Assembly (NCBI GenBank): GCA_046563655.1 | Contig: CM102288.1 | Location: 5,704,001 to 5,768,000, forward strand | Reading direction: 5' to 3' | DNA from: Yuukianura sp. NJ FZ-2021 | Lineage: Eukaryota | DNA: 64,000 nucleotides | Part shown: positions 63,761-64,000 of the stretch, in pieces | How the letters are laid out: each line of letters starts with the position of its first letter | Position numbering within the stretch: the first letter of the stretch is position 1 | Notes under the pieces: generated by a model | The model's input: only the letters and a program-made list of their open reading frames with translations | What the model was told of the DNA's origin: nothing | Database searches by the model: none | Translations under genes and position numbers: made by a program

Positions 63761-64000
63761 TTTCCGGTAAAAACGAAAATTCCAAAGTTCTTGTATCAGG
63801 AAAGTCTGAAAGTTTTTGGGAAATCGGTTGATTTCAAATAAGGTAACAACATTCAAACTATTTTTTTTTGAAATTTCCAATTTTTTAAGTCGGTTATTTA
63901 CTTACCGTCGTGGTGTGTTGTTTCACTGCGACCAAAGCAGTAATGATACTAGACGTAGTCAACAGCCTTCAATTTCTAATGCTTGAAATAACCACTTCCT

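Overview
AT-rich, intron-containing animal (arthropod) genomic DNA. The gene-family mix suggests a soil hexapod such as a springtail, but that is inference. The ORF track fragments nearly every gene, so I rebuilt gene models by hand from splice sites and reading-frame phase. Genes in order: 3' end of an RBR E3 ligase; two tandem GMC oxidoreductases; an 8-exon type I membrane protein with one TNFR-like Cys-rich domain and a RHIM-like cytoplasmic motif; a SEC14/CRAL-TRIO gene; five divergent ionotropic-receptor (IR) loci (three intact, one truncated, one transposon-interrupted); a CAP-Gly + RING-H2 protein; two beta/gamma-crystallin-like proteins (one fused to CBM14); a clan-2 P450; an MGCCCS Gly-rich microprotein; a beta-trefoil-like protein; a secreted NlpC/P60 peptidoglycan hydrolase with three exon-encoded Cys repeats; RBM39/Caper; three tandem multi-knottin-like secreted genes; a signal-peptide-bearing aminoacylase-1; a long low-complexity secreted protein; and a small CxxxC...CxxxC peptide. 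Many non-autonomous TIR elements are present. Best leads: the TNFR-like/RHIM-like receptor, the CAP-Gly-RING fusion, the probable horizontally acquired NlpC/P60, candidate antimicrobial or toxin-like peptides, and two apparent intron-gain events in IR genes. No database searches were run; family calls rest on recognised motifs.
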